This document shows positions 35,939-45,406 of a stretch of 54,236 nt of DNA, piece after piece. Under the pieces are notes generated by a model. The model had not been told where the DNA came from. It did not search any database and saw only the letters and a program-made list of their open reading frames with translations. A program made the translations under genes and the position numbers. Position 1 is the stretch's first letter, and the number at the start of each line of letters is the position of its first letter. The DNA is from a virus (lineage: Duplodnaviria > Caudoviricetes). The stretch spans positions 1-54,236 of the IMG/VR virus record IMGVR_UViG_3300019877_000084, one strand, 5' to 3'.

Positions 35939-36471
35939 TTATCCTTGATTTTAATGATTGGTCTTTGTCTGGTGGCTTTGAACGCTAGCGGTATTCCCCA
36001 CCATACTGACCAAGGTGTTAAATGCTGCTTTGTCATCACTAAACTTTTAGCACCTATGCAGCATCCCTCAGGAAATGTTACACCCGGAAAACACATGACA
36101 TCACTTGCTATGCCAGAGTATTCTTTGAATTCAATATCTCCTTTTTCTGCTTCATTCTCAAACCAAAAATCACCAACGGCTCCCCTCCCGGAATAATCCT
36201 CTGAGGCGCAGAATAGTTTACTACCATATCCTATGAACGCTCCTTTTCCTAAAGTTATTTTATGGCTCGGTCCCCCCGATAAAACAGCGCCAGCACATAT
36301 CTGATTGTATCCATGTAACTCAAGTTGTGTTGTCACAAGGCAGTATGGATCAATACGGCAGAAATCATGCAGAACTACCTCTGATGGATTGGTGAAAATG
36401 CAGTATTGGCCAATAAAAACGTTTTGACCTACGTGCTTAAATTGCTTCTTGATTGACTCGTCCCAAGCCAT
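35920..36471 (-). CDS. hexapeptide-repeat (LbH) sugar O-acyltransferase
   Basis: start MAWDES at 36471; FKHVGQNVFIG...SEDYSG...PGVTFPEGCCIGAKSLV...PWSVWWGIP. Confidence 0.85.
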   Translation of the reverse strand: MAWDESIKKQFKHVGQNVFIGQYCIFTNPSEVVLHDFCRIDPYCLVTTQLELHGYNQICAGAVLSGGPSHKITLGKGAFIGYGSKLFCASEDYSGRGAVGDFWFENEAEKGDIEFKEYSGIASDVMCFPGVTFPEGCCIGAKSLVMTKQHLTPWSVWWGIPLAFKATRQRPIIKIKDKWKNAQ

Positions 36472-36473
36472 GA

Positions 36474-36683
36474 CTAAAACTTTGAATCCTCCGGCCACTT
36501 CTGCATCAAGTATCCAATAAAAAGGCCAAAAACAAATAGACCAAGAAGCGCCCAAAATCCTGCATACCTAATGACTAATTCTAAAAGCCAATCCACGAAG
36601 TGAACAAGTAAATGAAATAGCGTTAGGCCCACTACAAAGCAGGCTCCGACGATAATGATTTCTTTTATGTTTATGTTCATCAC
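36474..36683 (-). CDS. small 2-TM membrane protein
   Basis: two hydrophobic helices; ATGA overlap. Confidence 0.6.
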   Translation of the reverse strand: MMNINIKEIIIVGACFVVGLTLFHLLVHFVDWLLELVIRYAGFWALLGLFVFGLFIGYLMQKWPEDSKF

Positions 36684-38353
36684 TCCAAAACCCTCATGTT
36701 TGATTCATCCTCAGGCACTATGGTATACGATTGAAAAAGTAGATCATAGTGCGCGATTTGCTTCGGGTTCTCTAAAAATCTCCAGCCATTGGCTTCAAAT
36801 AGTTCCTTCCACTTCTCAAACCTGCGAATGTTCACATTGTTCTGACGCTGATCATTGCGGTCGCCTAAGTAGAACGGACTCGACGCAAAATAAAAGTACT
36901 TGAACTTAGTTGCTAATAATGCAATGAAGCCATTCCACCATTCGTCTGACTTGTTAATGCTTTCAAATACATTGATTGAAATAGCCAAGTCAAAAGGCTG
37001 GTCCATCGTTAATTCTTCGGTAATGTCGGCTTGGTTTACCCAGATTTCATTCACTGGATTACGCATCTTGAAATATTCGATAAAATGCTCGTTTTTGTCC
37101 ATCCCCCAGCATTTGACGTTTTGTTGTAGTAGGCGCTCAACCACGGCGCCGGGGCCACATCCAAAGTCTACAGCAGAATCCGGATCTAAGCGTTTAATCA
37201 AGTAGTCCGCTAAGGCGTGGTGTTTCTTAGCAAATTCATCGTTTTCCTGAATAAGCCCACGTTTAAGACAATGCTCGTAGTACTCACGATCGGTCATGGG
37301 CTTTTTAGTCATGATCGTAGGCGAAAACTTTGTGTTCTTGTTTTGAGCCAGAAGTTCTTTGATGATGTCGTACCGCTGTTTGTTGATTTCTAACAGAGAG
37401 TATTTTTTAATAAATCCTAATACGTTTTGATACACTGCTTTTTTATCTTTGATCTCAATGGTGGCCGTAACCGTCTTTTCGAAGTCATCCTGATCTGTGT
37501 ATGTTATGCAGCCGGAATCAATAAACTTGTCCCACTTAGGCGCGATGGTCAGAGCGCCAGCTAATGTAAATTCAAGGGAACTGATATTGCTTTTTGAAAA
37601 ATTAAACTGATTGCTTTCTAGTGGAACAATAGCAATCTCTGGCCGCATAGAAACTAGGGTATCAAAATATTGATAAATATCCTGGAAGGTAAAAAGTAAT
37701 AATTGCTCTTTTGGGATTTCAAGATCTTTTGTGATCCACTCAGGCGTATAGCCCATGAAAGCCCATTTGTAGTCAGAAAATTTCTTTATCAGCCGCACGA
37801 TCTGATCCTTAACCGTGAGTAAGTCAGCTTCATGGGTGTCGCCGCCGCGCCAACAAATGATTTTCTGCCGTGGTCCCAGGTATGGTTCATCGCTGAATAG
37901 AAAATCATCATACCCATTTGGAACTATTTTTATTTTGTCTTTGGATACAATTTGTCCATAGACTTCTAAGAGTGCCGGGGTAGAAACAGTAATGCAGTCA
38001 GCGCGTTCCAAGCATTCCCGAATAATAGCCTGACGGGTTTCGTTCATGTATAAAAATGATCTTGGATTCGTCTTGGGGATGTTTATATAATCATCATCAT
38101 AGTCGATGATCACCGGAATCTTAGCATAGTTAGCTAGTTTCATGATCGTCACATCGTGTTCTTGACTTGGTCTCTGCATGAATAATACATCAACCTGTGC
38201 GAGTGCGGCCCAATCAAATACTTTGCCATCAAAACTTCCATCTATTATTTCAATGTCTGGGTACTGCTTACGAAGATGAGAGAATGGACCATGAGAACGA
38301 TAAAAACTCGTTCCATCAAAATATATTTTGGCTAAAAGTAAAATTCTGATCAT
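36680..38353 (-). CDS. GT-B glycosyltransferase fused to class I SAM methyltransferase
   Basis: FYR..GP, MQRP, IIDYDD, ITVSTPAL, IVPLESNQFNFSKSN (phage GT4-like); C-terminal VDFGCGPG, FDLAISINVFE. Confidence 0.85.
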   Translation of the reverse strand: MIRILLLAKIYFDGTSFYRSHGPFSHLRKQYPDIEIIDGSFDGKVFDWAALAQVDVLFMQRPSQEHDVTIMKLANYAKIPVIIDYDDDYINIPKTNPRSFLYMNETRQAIIRECLERADCITVSTPALLEVYGQIVSKDKIKIVPNGYDDFLFSDEPYLGPRQKIICWRGGDTHEADLLTVKDQIVRLIKKFSDYKWAFMGYTPEWITKDLEIPKEQLLLFTFQDIYQYFDTLVSMRPEIAIVPLESNQFNFSKSNISSLEFTLAGALTIAPKWDKFIDSGCITYTDQDDFEKTVTATIEIKDKKAVYQNVLGFIKKYSLLEINKQRYDIIKELLAQNKNTKFSPTIMTKKPMTDREYYEHCLKRGLIQENDEFAKKHHALADYLIKRLDPDSAVDFGCGPGAVVERLLQQNVKCWGMDKNEHFIEYFKMRNPVNEIWVNQADITEELTMDQPFDLAISINVFESINKSDEWWNGFIALLATKFKYFYFASSPFYLGDRNDQRQNNVNIRRFEKWKELFEANGWRFLENPKQIAHYDLLFQSYTIVPEDESNMRVLE

Positions 38354-38502
38354 GATTTATTTTCTACGTTTTTAAGGAATTTACGTACACAACTCCGATG
38401 TCCAAAATAGACTATGTTCTGAACGGAAATTTCGGTCATGTTGATTTGTTGTTTGGGTTTTATGGGTCGACAACAGAGAATGCAGGGTATCACCACACTC
38501 AT
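38350..38502 (-). CDS. small zinc-finger protein (50 aa, not in ORF track)
   Basis: MSVVIPCILCCRPIKPKQQINMTEISVQNIVYFGHRSCVRKFLKNVENKS; CxxC...HxxC; ATGA overlaps on both ends. Confidence 0.65.
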   Translation of the reverse strand: MSVVIPCILCCRPIKPKQQINMTEISVQNIVYFGHRSCVRKFLKNVENKS

Positions 38503-38996
38503 AATCCGAGTTCCTCCGCTTCTTTGATGGCTTCTAAAATCTGGTAGTGGCCACCATGCACGTAGGGATCAATGTCTCCGACATTCACAGCCTTTAAAGC
38601 CGCCAGCATCTTATCGAAGACTGGTTTGATAGCAGATATTGTCTCGGCAGACCCGTTCGCAAAAGAATTTCTCTTCTCTTCTTCCAAACTTTTGGCTTTG
38701 GTTATTTCGTGGGACTCAGTAATAATTTTTAGAAGGCTTTCGTTTTTGATCATGCCAAAAATCATTGTCTGATATATAAGTCTCTTGCATGCCTCTTCTT
38801 CGGCGGTCATGCTTCCTGAGTCTGAAAATGTTTCTGAATGGACTTGACCCCCGGTCATTTCAATTCTCACATTACCCCATCCCTTTAAGGCGATGTCAGG
38901 AGTGAAATCAACTTTTACTACAATATTTGGAGGTAAAAATCGCTTGCTTTCGTGTGCAAACTCCAAAATAATATCCCGATAGGTCCTTGTCTGCAT
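38499..38996 (-). CDS. hypothetical protein
   Basis: ORF; start uncertain (ATG 38996 or TTG 39023). Confidence 0.6.
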   Translation of the reverse strand: MQTRTYRDIILEFAHESKRFLPPNIVVKVDFTPDIALKGWGNVRIEMTGGQVHSETFSDSGSMTAEEEACKRLIYQTMIFGMIKNESLLKIITESHEITKAKSLEEEKRNSFANGSAETISAIKPVFDKMLAALKAVNVGDIDPYVHGGHYQILEAIKEAEELGL

Positions 38997-39040
38997 GCCC
39001 ACAAGGTAAAGATTTTTTACCAATCACAAAATAAGGGCAT

Positions 39041-39070
39041 AAAAAAACCGGGAAGCAAATCCCGGTTTTT
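39041..39070 (-). terminator. rho-independent terminator (possibly bidirectional)
   Basis: AAAAAAACCGGGA-AGCAAA-TCCCGGTTTTT. Confidence 0.8.
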
Positions 39071-39093
39071 GACGTTTTGAGTCTTAGAAGGGT

Positions 39094-39699
39094 TTATTCT
39101 CCTGATTCCGTGGCCGTCTTCCAGTTTGTGGATGAAGCCATTAGGAAGTGCATGCGTCCACCGGATGCGATAGAAACAGCAACATTGGAAGCTCCAGCGC
39201 CTGCCGAGGCCCCACTTTTGTTGATGAACTCCGAAGCTGCCGGGAAGACCGAAATCGGCACGGATGACGCGTTGATGATGACTCGAACACCACCGTTGAT
39301 GTTAACTGAAGGCGCAACGAATGTCGAAGCCGAAGGCAATTTAACCGAGTTGACTGAAGCCGCTCCGCCTGTGATCACGGTGAGATAGGTAGATACCGCT
39401 GAGGCTGCCGCCTGGGTGCTTCCTGATGGCACCACGCCTAAGTTGGCATCTTGTGCATACGGGCTTGCTGAAAGAGAGGCTCCTGCTCCTACGATTGTGG
39501 CTACGGCTACATTAGCAGAGGATTCCGCTACCCGATACTTTTTGTAGGGACGGACTGATGTTCCATACAGAATGGATGTTCCGCCACGATAGGGCTTGGG
39601 TTTAACGATTTGAGAGCTTTCCAGCACAATAACCTTAGGCGTGGTAAGGTTTCCAATTGCTGGTGAAATTTTAACCGCCGTGAGAAACACGAGTGACAT
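39094..39699 (-). CDS. Ala/Ser-rich putative capsid decoration/head-fibre protein
   Basis: own promoter and terminator; VKLPSA...VIINAS...VFPA...IN motif seen in phage structural proteins. Confidence 0.55.
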   Translation of the reverse strand: MSLVFLTAVKISPAIGNLTTPKVIVLESSQIVKPKPYRGGTSILYGTSVRPYKKYRVAESSANVAVATIVGAGASLSASPYAQDANLGVVPSGSTQAAASAVSTYLTVITGGAASVNSVKLPSASTFVAPSVNINGGVRVIINASSVPISVFPAASEFINKSGASAGAGASNVAVSIASGGRMHFLMASSTNWKTATESGE

Positions 39700-39731
39700 A
39701 GTCCGGGGGGTTTGTGGTTTACTACGTTTAC

Positions 39732-39796
39732 AGGCCGACACTATCGGCCTTGGGGTAAAGATAAAACCTATTTTGGGAAAACCTACTATAGTGGGA
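39732..39796 (-). promoter_or_regulatory. promoter with direct repeats and 5' hairpin
   Basis: -7-like TATCTTTA (39756-39763), TAGGTTTT twice (39763-70, 39778-85), downstream hairpin AGGCCGA/TCGGCCT (39732-39750). Confidence 0.5.
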
Positions 39797-39808
39797 CGAT
39801 TTCTCTTT

Positions 39809-40387
39809 TTAGGCCATTACTCCCGTTTTACGCTTGGCATCGGTGATTCTTTGCTCAGACCGGGCGCAGTGTTGTTTCAGATCCCAGATACGCATGCAGC
39901 CCAACGACATGAACTTCCGTATTGTCGCAGGTGATGGCTTTTCGGCATGTTTGTAATGTTTGACTCGGCGTTCCCATTTGGCTTTAAAGTTTCCGATGAC
40001 GGCCCCGGTGCTATCGATTTGGGGGTTGCCTACACGGACTCCGTGATAATAAATAGCGGGCGTGAATTCTATAACTATAACTCCGAATTCTTTTGGAATT
40101 AAGTCCGCGTGCTTGGCATACAATCGTGCCGGAAGCGCGTACACTAGCCGCGAAATAAATTTTGAAAAATGTTTGTGTGTTTTTTTAAAGTCGGCTTTGA
40201 GATCGGAAAGCGAGACCTTGATTTCAACCTCAGTGAATCGGTCCTGGTCGTCGAGTGCCAGTAGATCACATTCGTGACTCAAGCCCAGTCCCCAACTCAC
40301 ATTCGGAACTATGGTGTACTGCCGGTAATTCAACAGCTTAGCAACCGCTATCTCAACAATGCCGGCGTGGCAACGTGGTTCCTTCAC
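39809..40387 (-). CDS. MmcB-like PD-(D/E)xK nuclease
   Basis: HECDLLAL...EVEIKVSLSDLKADFKK...YALP...FGVI; GTG start overlapping the upstream TGA. Confidence 0.75.
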   Translation of the reverse strand: MKEPRCHAGIVEIAVAKLLNYRQYTIVPNVSWGLGLSHECDLLALDDQDRFTEVEIKVSLSDLKADFKKTHKHFSKFISRLVYALPARLYAKHADLIPKEFGVIVIEFTPAIYYHGVRVGNPQIDSTGAVIGNFKAKWERRVKHYKHAEKPSPATIRKFMSLGCMRIWDLKQHCARSEQRITDAKRKTGVMA

Positions 40388-40707
40388 TTGAAATTCTTTT
40401 CTACTTTCTTCAACGCGTTTTTGAAGTTGAGCGCCTGAAAATACGCACATCCTTTATTCCGGATGACTTTCTTCACCGTGACCAGGCCGTTGTTGTCCAT
40501 CAACTTAGGTGTGATGAATCCGTGATTGACATCGATCTGTTTCTGAATCAGGTCAAAGGTTGCCGCCTGAAGGATCTTGGTCTCCGGATCGTATTCAAAC
40601 AGCGTGAGCCCTGGAAAGCTGTGCATGAGATCGGTCTGCATCTCCTTCCGATGTTCCTTGACCTCTTGGATTTCAATAGTGGTGGGTTTGTCGTCGAAGT
40701 CTTTCAT
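40384..40707 (-). CDS. hypothetical phage protein
   Basis: PGLTLFEY...ALNFKNA motif; co-oriented. Confidence 0.65.
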   Translation of the reverse strand: MKDFDDKPTTIEIQEVKEHRKEMQTDLMHSFPGLTLFEYDPETKILQAATFDLIQKQIDVNHGFITPKLMDNNGLVTVKKVIRNKGCAYFQALNFKNALKKVEKNFK

Positions 40708-40715
40708 ACCTATTA

Positions 40716-41258
40716 TTATCCAAAAATTTTCTTCACCACACTTGCGTACTTGGCTTCGATTTCTATTTGAATAGTCTCCACAGGGGAAACCCAGAAGTGT
40801 CGAATTATTCCGGACTCCCTGGATTCATACAGCACTAAGGCGCGTTTACGCCGTTTGTACCACATCGACGCCTGAGCCTGCATCCAGACTTTCTTCGGTA
40901 ACTTAGTTACTGGGATATAAGAATCCAGAGGTACTGATTTGCAATCACATGGATCTCCTTCGAAATCAAAATCGGGATGCCCTAACACCTTGCCTCCGAA
41001 TGCGCTGATCTCCTGCGCTGGAATCTGAACTCGATCGCCAAATACGGTTTTAATGCGCCTGAGTAAATCGGCTTCCATTTGGTAGCCTTTGTAGCATTTC
41101 AGCTTTGCTCGATCACTTATCTCCGGAAAGCCATCCTTGTAATTTGCAATAATCTCTTCTTCGGTGAGTGACGCCTGAGAAAGCCCAATGTAGTCCCGCT
41201 TTTCTTCGTACTTGCTATTGGCAAGTGTCCATTTTTCAAGTTCTACTGCGATGTTCAT
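40716..41258 (-). CDS. Cas4/RecB-like PD-(D/E)xK nuclease
   Basis: GHPDF...DCKS...WMQAQASM (motif II/III and QxxxY-like). Confidence 0.6.
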   Translation of the reverse strand: MNIAVELEKWTLANSKYEEKRDYIGLSQASLTEEEIIANYKDGFPEISDRAKLKCYKGYQMEADLLRRIKTVFGDRVQIPAQEISAFGGKVLGHPDFDFEGDPCDCKSVPLDSYIPVTKLPKKVWMQAQASMWYKRRKRALVLYESRESGIIRHFWVSPVETIQIEIEAKYASVVKKIFG

Positions 41259-41261
41259 AAC

Positions 41262-41759
41262 TTATTTGAGGTCTATGTGGCTTAGCCATTTCAGCCGAAC
41301 TGCTGTGTTAAAAAATATTTCAATGACTTGGTCACTGATTCTGAATCTGGTCTTGTTGATCCCGAATGACTTGTAGATGTCGCCGTCAGCATGCCGTTCG
41401 GTCGCCGCCTTCCAGTCAAAAAACATCTCTAGCAAGTCAAACAAATCCATTCCGTTCACGCCGTTGGAATAATGCTCTGGATGGTGACTGTTGTTGGCAT
41501 AGTGATGGTCTAGTCCAACCTTCAACTGTTTCATGAATTCAGCATACTCAGGACTGCCATAAGTCGTGCCTTTCAACTTAGGCGTGAATTCGTCAAAGAA
41601 TTCTTTTTCCGGACTGTTGAGTTTGGATTCGTCGTGAATGTTGGCGCGTCGAATTAACTCCGCCGCTGCCTCGGTGAGTAATTGTGCCACACGTTTGATG
41701 TGAACCAATGTTTCGGCTTTGCTATCGTATGGCTCCGCCTTAATTAAAAAGTGTTCCAT
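41262..41759 (-). CDS. DUF5662 family HD-like protein
   Basis: HIKRV...HDESK...HHYANNSHHPEHY...EMFFDWKAA. Confidence 0.8.
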   Translation of the reverse strand: MEHFLIKAEPYDSKAETLVHIKRVAQLLTEAAAELIRRANIHDESKLNSPEKEFFDEFTPKLKGTTYGSPEYAEFMKQLKVGLDHHYANNSHHPEHYSNGVNGMDLFDLLEMFFDWKAATERHADGDIYKSFGINKTRFRISDQVIEIFFNTAVRLKWLSHIDLK

Positions 41760-41761
41760 AA

Positions 41762-42118
41762 TTAAAAAGGTAATTGCGAGTTATCGGTATCGTCTTTTGG
41801 TCCATCTGAAACATGATGTTCCGACCGTTGCGCATTCTTTGTTGGACTGGCAAACTTTTGGTGCTCACATTTCCATCCACGAACCTCAGTGTACCATTTT
41901 GAATTATACTCTTTGGATTCGAGTTCAACAGAGACAGTGACTTCGTCGCCTAAGCTAATGTTTAACTTATCGATGTTATCTCCCCAAACCCCGAAACAGA
42001 TCTTCTTAGGATATTGGGATTGAGTTTCTAGGATGTATTCCTGTTTAGTCCATTGTCCTTTTTTTCCCATACCGGTAACCAGTTCGAGTTCTTGAATGAT
42101 TTTGCCTTTGAGTTCCAT
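41762..42118 (-). CDS. DUF3127 family single-stranded DNA-binding protein
   Basis: MELKGKII...W.KQEYILET..QYPKKICF...S.EYN.KWYT; acidic tail ending LPF. Confidence 0.85.
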   Translation of the reverse strand: MELKGKIIQELELVTGMGKKGQWTKQEYILETQSQYPKKICFGVWGDNIDKLNISLGDEVTVSVELESKEYNSKWYTEVRGWKCEHQKFASPTKNAQRSEHHVSDGPKDDTDNSQLPF

Positions 42119-42121
42119 AAC

Positions 42122-42400
42122 TTATTTTTTTATAAATTTTAAATCGTCTTCATGCACATACCATTGTAAGGGTGTTTTTATTTTTCTATTTGAAAAGAAT
42201 TTTATTTTTTTAATAGGTTCAAATATGTTTTCAAATTCAATCAGTCTATATCCATCAGATAGGCTTTAAACTATTCTTCCTTCCTCTCCATTTATTTTTA
42301 AACCATGTTCTGATGGCTGCCTTGTTTCAAATAACTCATCGTTCACTGTTATTCTTAGTTTTAGGCTCCTGTTATAATAATCAACTTTCTCGTTCGTAAA
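42122..42400 (-). pseudogene. interrupted small SH3-like gene
   Basis: frame open except for one TAA at 42266-42268: ...NGEEGRIV*SLSDGYRLIEF...WYVHEDDLKFIKK. Confidence 0.45.
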
Positions 42401-44143
42401 TCAAAAGGGGGCTGACTCTAAATCGTTACTGTCTTTGTATGGATCTCGATACCCACTATCAAGAACTTTATCGAAAACAATTTGTTGGGGTTCAATTTTT
42501 GGATTAAGCCAGTTAGATACATCTATACCACTGTTGTCATATCTACCATTGTCGTGATTCCATGTATAATCCATCTGCCCAGTGTTTCCCCAATATTTGA
42601 ATTTTACTTTTTGAACATAGACTGTATTTTTAAAAACATCACCAGACCTCTCTTTATAAATTGTTAATCCGATATCAGCCTTATTAAAAAAATTTGAGGA
42701 TCCGCTTATGTCATATAGTCCAGGTACTTCATATTGCCCGGTATCATAGTTGAATTTCATTTTTGTTGGGTGGGCAACAATAAACCCATGGGTGCCATTC
42801 TTGTGATTAAAATTAGCAATTTTATCCAGACTTTCACTTATATATTTAGTTTCACTTATACCGGTATATAGATGCTCAATTTTATTCCACGGATCAAGTA
42901 CAAACCAATTTATACCATATCTTAACACCGCCTGTCTGATTTTTTCCAGAATATTATCGAGATCGTAGCCTTCTTCAGGATAAATCCAATATACATGGTC
43001 ATTCAGAAATTCCCTTGCTTTATCCAACTCCATTTCGTTTGCCTTCCATGCTGACTTCCCTAAAATTTTTTCAACCAGTTTTATTACATGAAGTTCAGTT
43101 GGTCTATTCTCAGGCGAGAAGTATCCGCCTCTCAAATTATAATCTACACATAATTGCATAAGTATTTGATCAAGGTATTCAGACTTACCATGACCAGGAA
43201 TTCCAGTAATTATACTCGTATATCCGGGGTGAATTTGGATTAATTCACCAAGTGGCGGTCTAGGTTTCCATCCCTTTGGAAAACCATTTTTAAGAATGTA
43301 TTTGACTTTATCCCAATGACTATTTACTTCAAATACTCCTTCAATTGGAAATGGAGTTGATTCATTCAAATCAATTTTACCAGTTTGGCAGTACATCTCA
43401 TTGATATCTTTGTAGATACCAAGATTAACACGAAAACATTTTTCAATACCTAATCGTCGGGCCAACTCTTGACCTAATTTTTCTCCAGGTTCATCATTAT
43501 CAGTCAAAATAAAAACCTTCTCAATTAATTCAAAGTACTGATAGCAATTATCAAGATATTGAAGATTATTTAGTCCCTTGGTCGCTCCATTTGGAACTGA
43601 TATGGTATTAATGTGTCCTAACTGAATCATGGTTAGGCAATCTATCTCACCCTCGACGATGTAAATTTCTTTATGGTTCTTAATTCCGTCCAGGTTGTAG
43701 AATATCAATTCTGCATCCTTAAACAATTTAAAATTCTTTTCGGCGTCCCTAAACTTAGTATTAACGATCTTATCGTCACGGAAGTAGTTAAAACAAATAA
43801 CATTCCGTTCGGCTTCTACCTGTGGCATCCATTCTTTTTTTTCTGTCACCCTCATTTTAACGAGCGTATCCTGACTAATATTCCTTTTTAAGAACCATTC
43901 AACAATTTTATCAGAGATACTTGTTGTGTTTTCCCACTTAGGAACTTGATATTGTTTTTTATTCAATGATCCCGTCCATCCACAAGTAGCATGATGACAG
44001 TGCCACATTCCCTTATCCAAATTAACTGATAAACACTTTGCGTGTTTCTTTTTTCTGTCCTGACTACATTTAGGACAAATTGTGTAGACCTGACCGGTTG
44101 TTTTTCCGCGAGGAATATCTATGTCGTAATCAGAATACGTCAT
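42401..44143 (-). CDS. T7 gp4/Twinkle-like primase-helicase
   Basis: Zn finger CPKC...CHHATC, TOPRIM IVEGEID and DNDEPG, Walker A GIPGHGKS, LDPW, VAHPTK, YDISGS. Confidence 0.93.
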   Translation of the reverse strand: MTYSDYDIDIPRGKTTGQVYTICPKCSQDRKKKHAKCLSVNLDKGMWHCHHATCGWTGSLNKKQYQVPKWENTTSISDKIVEWFLKRNISQDTLVKMRVTEKKEWMPQVEAERNVICFNYFRDDKIVNTKFRDAEKNFKLFKDAELIFYNLDGIKNHKEIYIVEGEIDCLTMIQLGHINTISVPNGATKGLNNLQYLDNCYQYFELIEKVFILTDNDEPGEKLGQELARRLGIEKCFRVNLGIYKDINEMYCQTGKIDLNESTPFPIEGVFEVNSHWDKVKYILKNGFPKGWKPRPPLGELIQIHPGYTSIITGIPGHGKSEYLDQILMQLCVDYNLRGGYFSPENRPTELHVIKLVEKILGKSAWKANEMELDKAREFLNDHVYWIYPEEGYDLDNILEKIRQAVLRYGINWFVLDPWNKIEHLYTGISETKYISESLDKIANFNHKNGTHGFIVAHPTKMKFNYDTGQYEVPGLYDISGSSNFFNKADIGLTIYKERSGDVFKNTVYVQKVKFKYWGNTGQMDYTWNHDNGRYDNSGIDVSNWLNPKIEPQQIVFDKVLDSGYRDPYKDSNDLESAPF

Positions 44144-44796
44144 CCTATTTTTCCTTTGTTTATTGGTTCCTTAAATCTCCTGGATTCTGATATTTTTTTC
44201 CACGTTGTAAGGCGTTTTTTTAAGCTAAAAAATTTCTCAGCCTCGAAGCGCATTTTATATCCATTTTCGTTATGCTCAGTCCAATGGTCACTGAAATTAT
44301 TGACCATCTCTTTTCCAAAAGTAAAAATGTATGGTTCAAGTTTTTGAATAAAAACTTGCTTTCTCTGATCAATAGTATTCTTTTCATTAATGGTATTCTT
44401 ATATGTCGGATTTTTTTCCGAGTCATTTTCGGAAATTTTTCCGAGTTTACTCGGATTTTTTTCCGAGTGCTCGGATTTTTTTCCGAGTGAACGACCCCAT
44501 TTTGAGCCCTTTTCTGTAAGCCTAATACAGTCTTTTCCGTCAATCTTTTTGAGTATAATCAGACCAAACTCTTCGAGTGATTTATACTGCCGATAAACTG
44601 TATCATGCTTATCACTTAAAAGAGGAAGTTCCTCACTGGCTCTTGACCGACTTGCAAAATAATACACTTCATTTTCTAAATGCACAGACTCAGCCCAAGA
44701 TGGTAGATTGAACACCCAATCAAAAAGATAAGCTAGTTGAACATTTAATCCCCATTCCTTAGCTGTGATATTATCTATGTAAATTGAATATTTCAT
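44140..44796 (-). CDS. phage replication initiator (lambda O-like: N-terminal wHTH, internal iterons)
   Basis: wHTH-like N-terminus (TVYRQYKSLEEFGLI), SEKNP repeats encoded by iterons, C-terminal F.DHWTE...KMRFE.EK.F...RL.TW; upstream of the helicase. Confidence 0.75.
   Translation of the reverse strand: MKYSIYIDNITAKEWGLNVQLAYLFDWVFNLPSWAESVHLENEVYYFASRSRASEELPLLSDKHDTVYRQYKSLEEFGLIILKKIDGKDCIRLTEKGSKWGRSLGKKSEHSEKNPSKLGKISENDSEKNPTYKNTINEKNTIDQRKQVFIQKLEPYIFTFGKEMVNNFSDHWTEHNENGYKMRFEAEKFFSLKKRLTTWKKISESRRFKEPINKGKIG
44406..44488. repeat. four palindromic iterons, probable replication origin
   Basis: TCGGA(W7)CCGAGT at 44406-23, 44429-46, 44451-68, 44471-88; adjacent AT-rich tract ~44320-44405. 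Confidence 0.85.
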
Positions 44797-44798
44797 AT

Positions 44799-45392
44799 TT
44801 AGGCGTAATGGAATGAAGATAGAACCCCAGCCTGAAGCCAAATAGATTTTATGAGTTGGCTATCTCGACCTGCCTCAACAAAATACTTTCTGTGTTCTTC
44901 ATCATTCCACAGAAGGCCGTCATAACCATAACAAGTTGATCCAATGTCCCACGCGGTCCCATCACCCCATTGACAGTCTTTCCAATGAACCGGAAATGGT
45001 TCATTAAATTCAAATACTCTGACAGAGGAAATATTAACTCTACCAGCAATTTGAATTCCAACTTTTATTCCAGAATAATTGTGATCTTCTTCAAAATTAT
45101 TATCCAGAATAATACAATTAACTTGATCTGGCATTTTAGATACTGAAGATTCAATTTTAATACGATACTCCTCTATGAGACCATCATCTAAAAAGGGCTT
45201 TACCTCGAAAAGTATGTATCTATTTTTAGAACCATACACAATAAAATCAGGAGTCCATCCATTGAGATCGTATGGCTCGTACTGCCAGCGCCAACCTAGT
45301 AAATCAAAAAATGCGGCCCATCGCGCCTCTAGCCTTGATCTAAATTCTGTATTTTTATAAACAGTTGGTTTTGCGGGTATATTGTATTCCAT
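44799..45392 (-). CDS. PD-(D/E)xK-like nuclease
   Basis: FRSRLEARWAAFFD..GW.WQYEP.....WTPDF......FEVKP. Confidence 0.8.
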   Translation of the reverse strand: MEYNIPAKPTVYKNTEFRSRLEARWAAFFDLLGWRWQYEPYDLNGWTPDFIVYGSKNRYILFEVKPFLDDGLIEEYRIKIESSVSKMPDQVNCIILDNNFEEDHNYSGIKVGIQIAGRVNISSVRVFEFNEPFPVHWKDCQWGDGTAWDIGSTCYGYDGLLWNDEEHRKYFVEAGRDSQLIKSIWLQAGVLSSFHYA

Positions 45393-45406
45393 GTCTACAA
45401 ATTAAA

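Noticed and set aside
35920-36555. ORF-track N-terminal extensions (also at 844, 22508, 28550, 39741, 40450, 44841, 53293)
   Set aside because: Most overlap upstream genes or promoter elements; downstream starts with ATGA/GTGA coupling or signal peptides fit better
44406-44488. Palindromic repeats resembling a mini CRISPR array
   Set aside because: Spacers are only 2-5 nt and the repeats lie inside the initiator ORF, so they fit iterons; the Cas4-like gene at 40716 is a common solo phage nuclease
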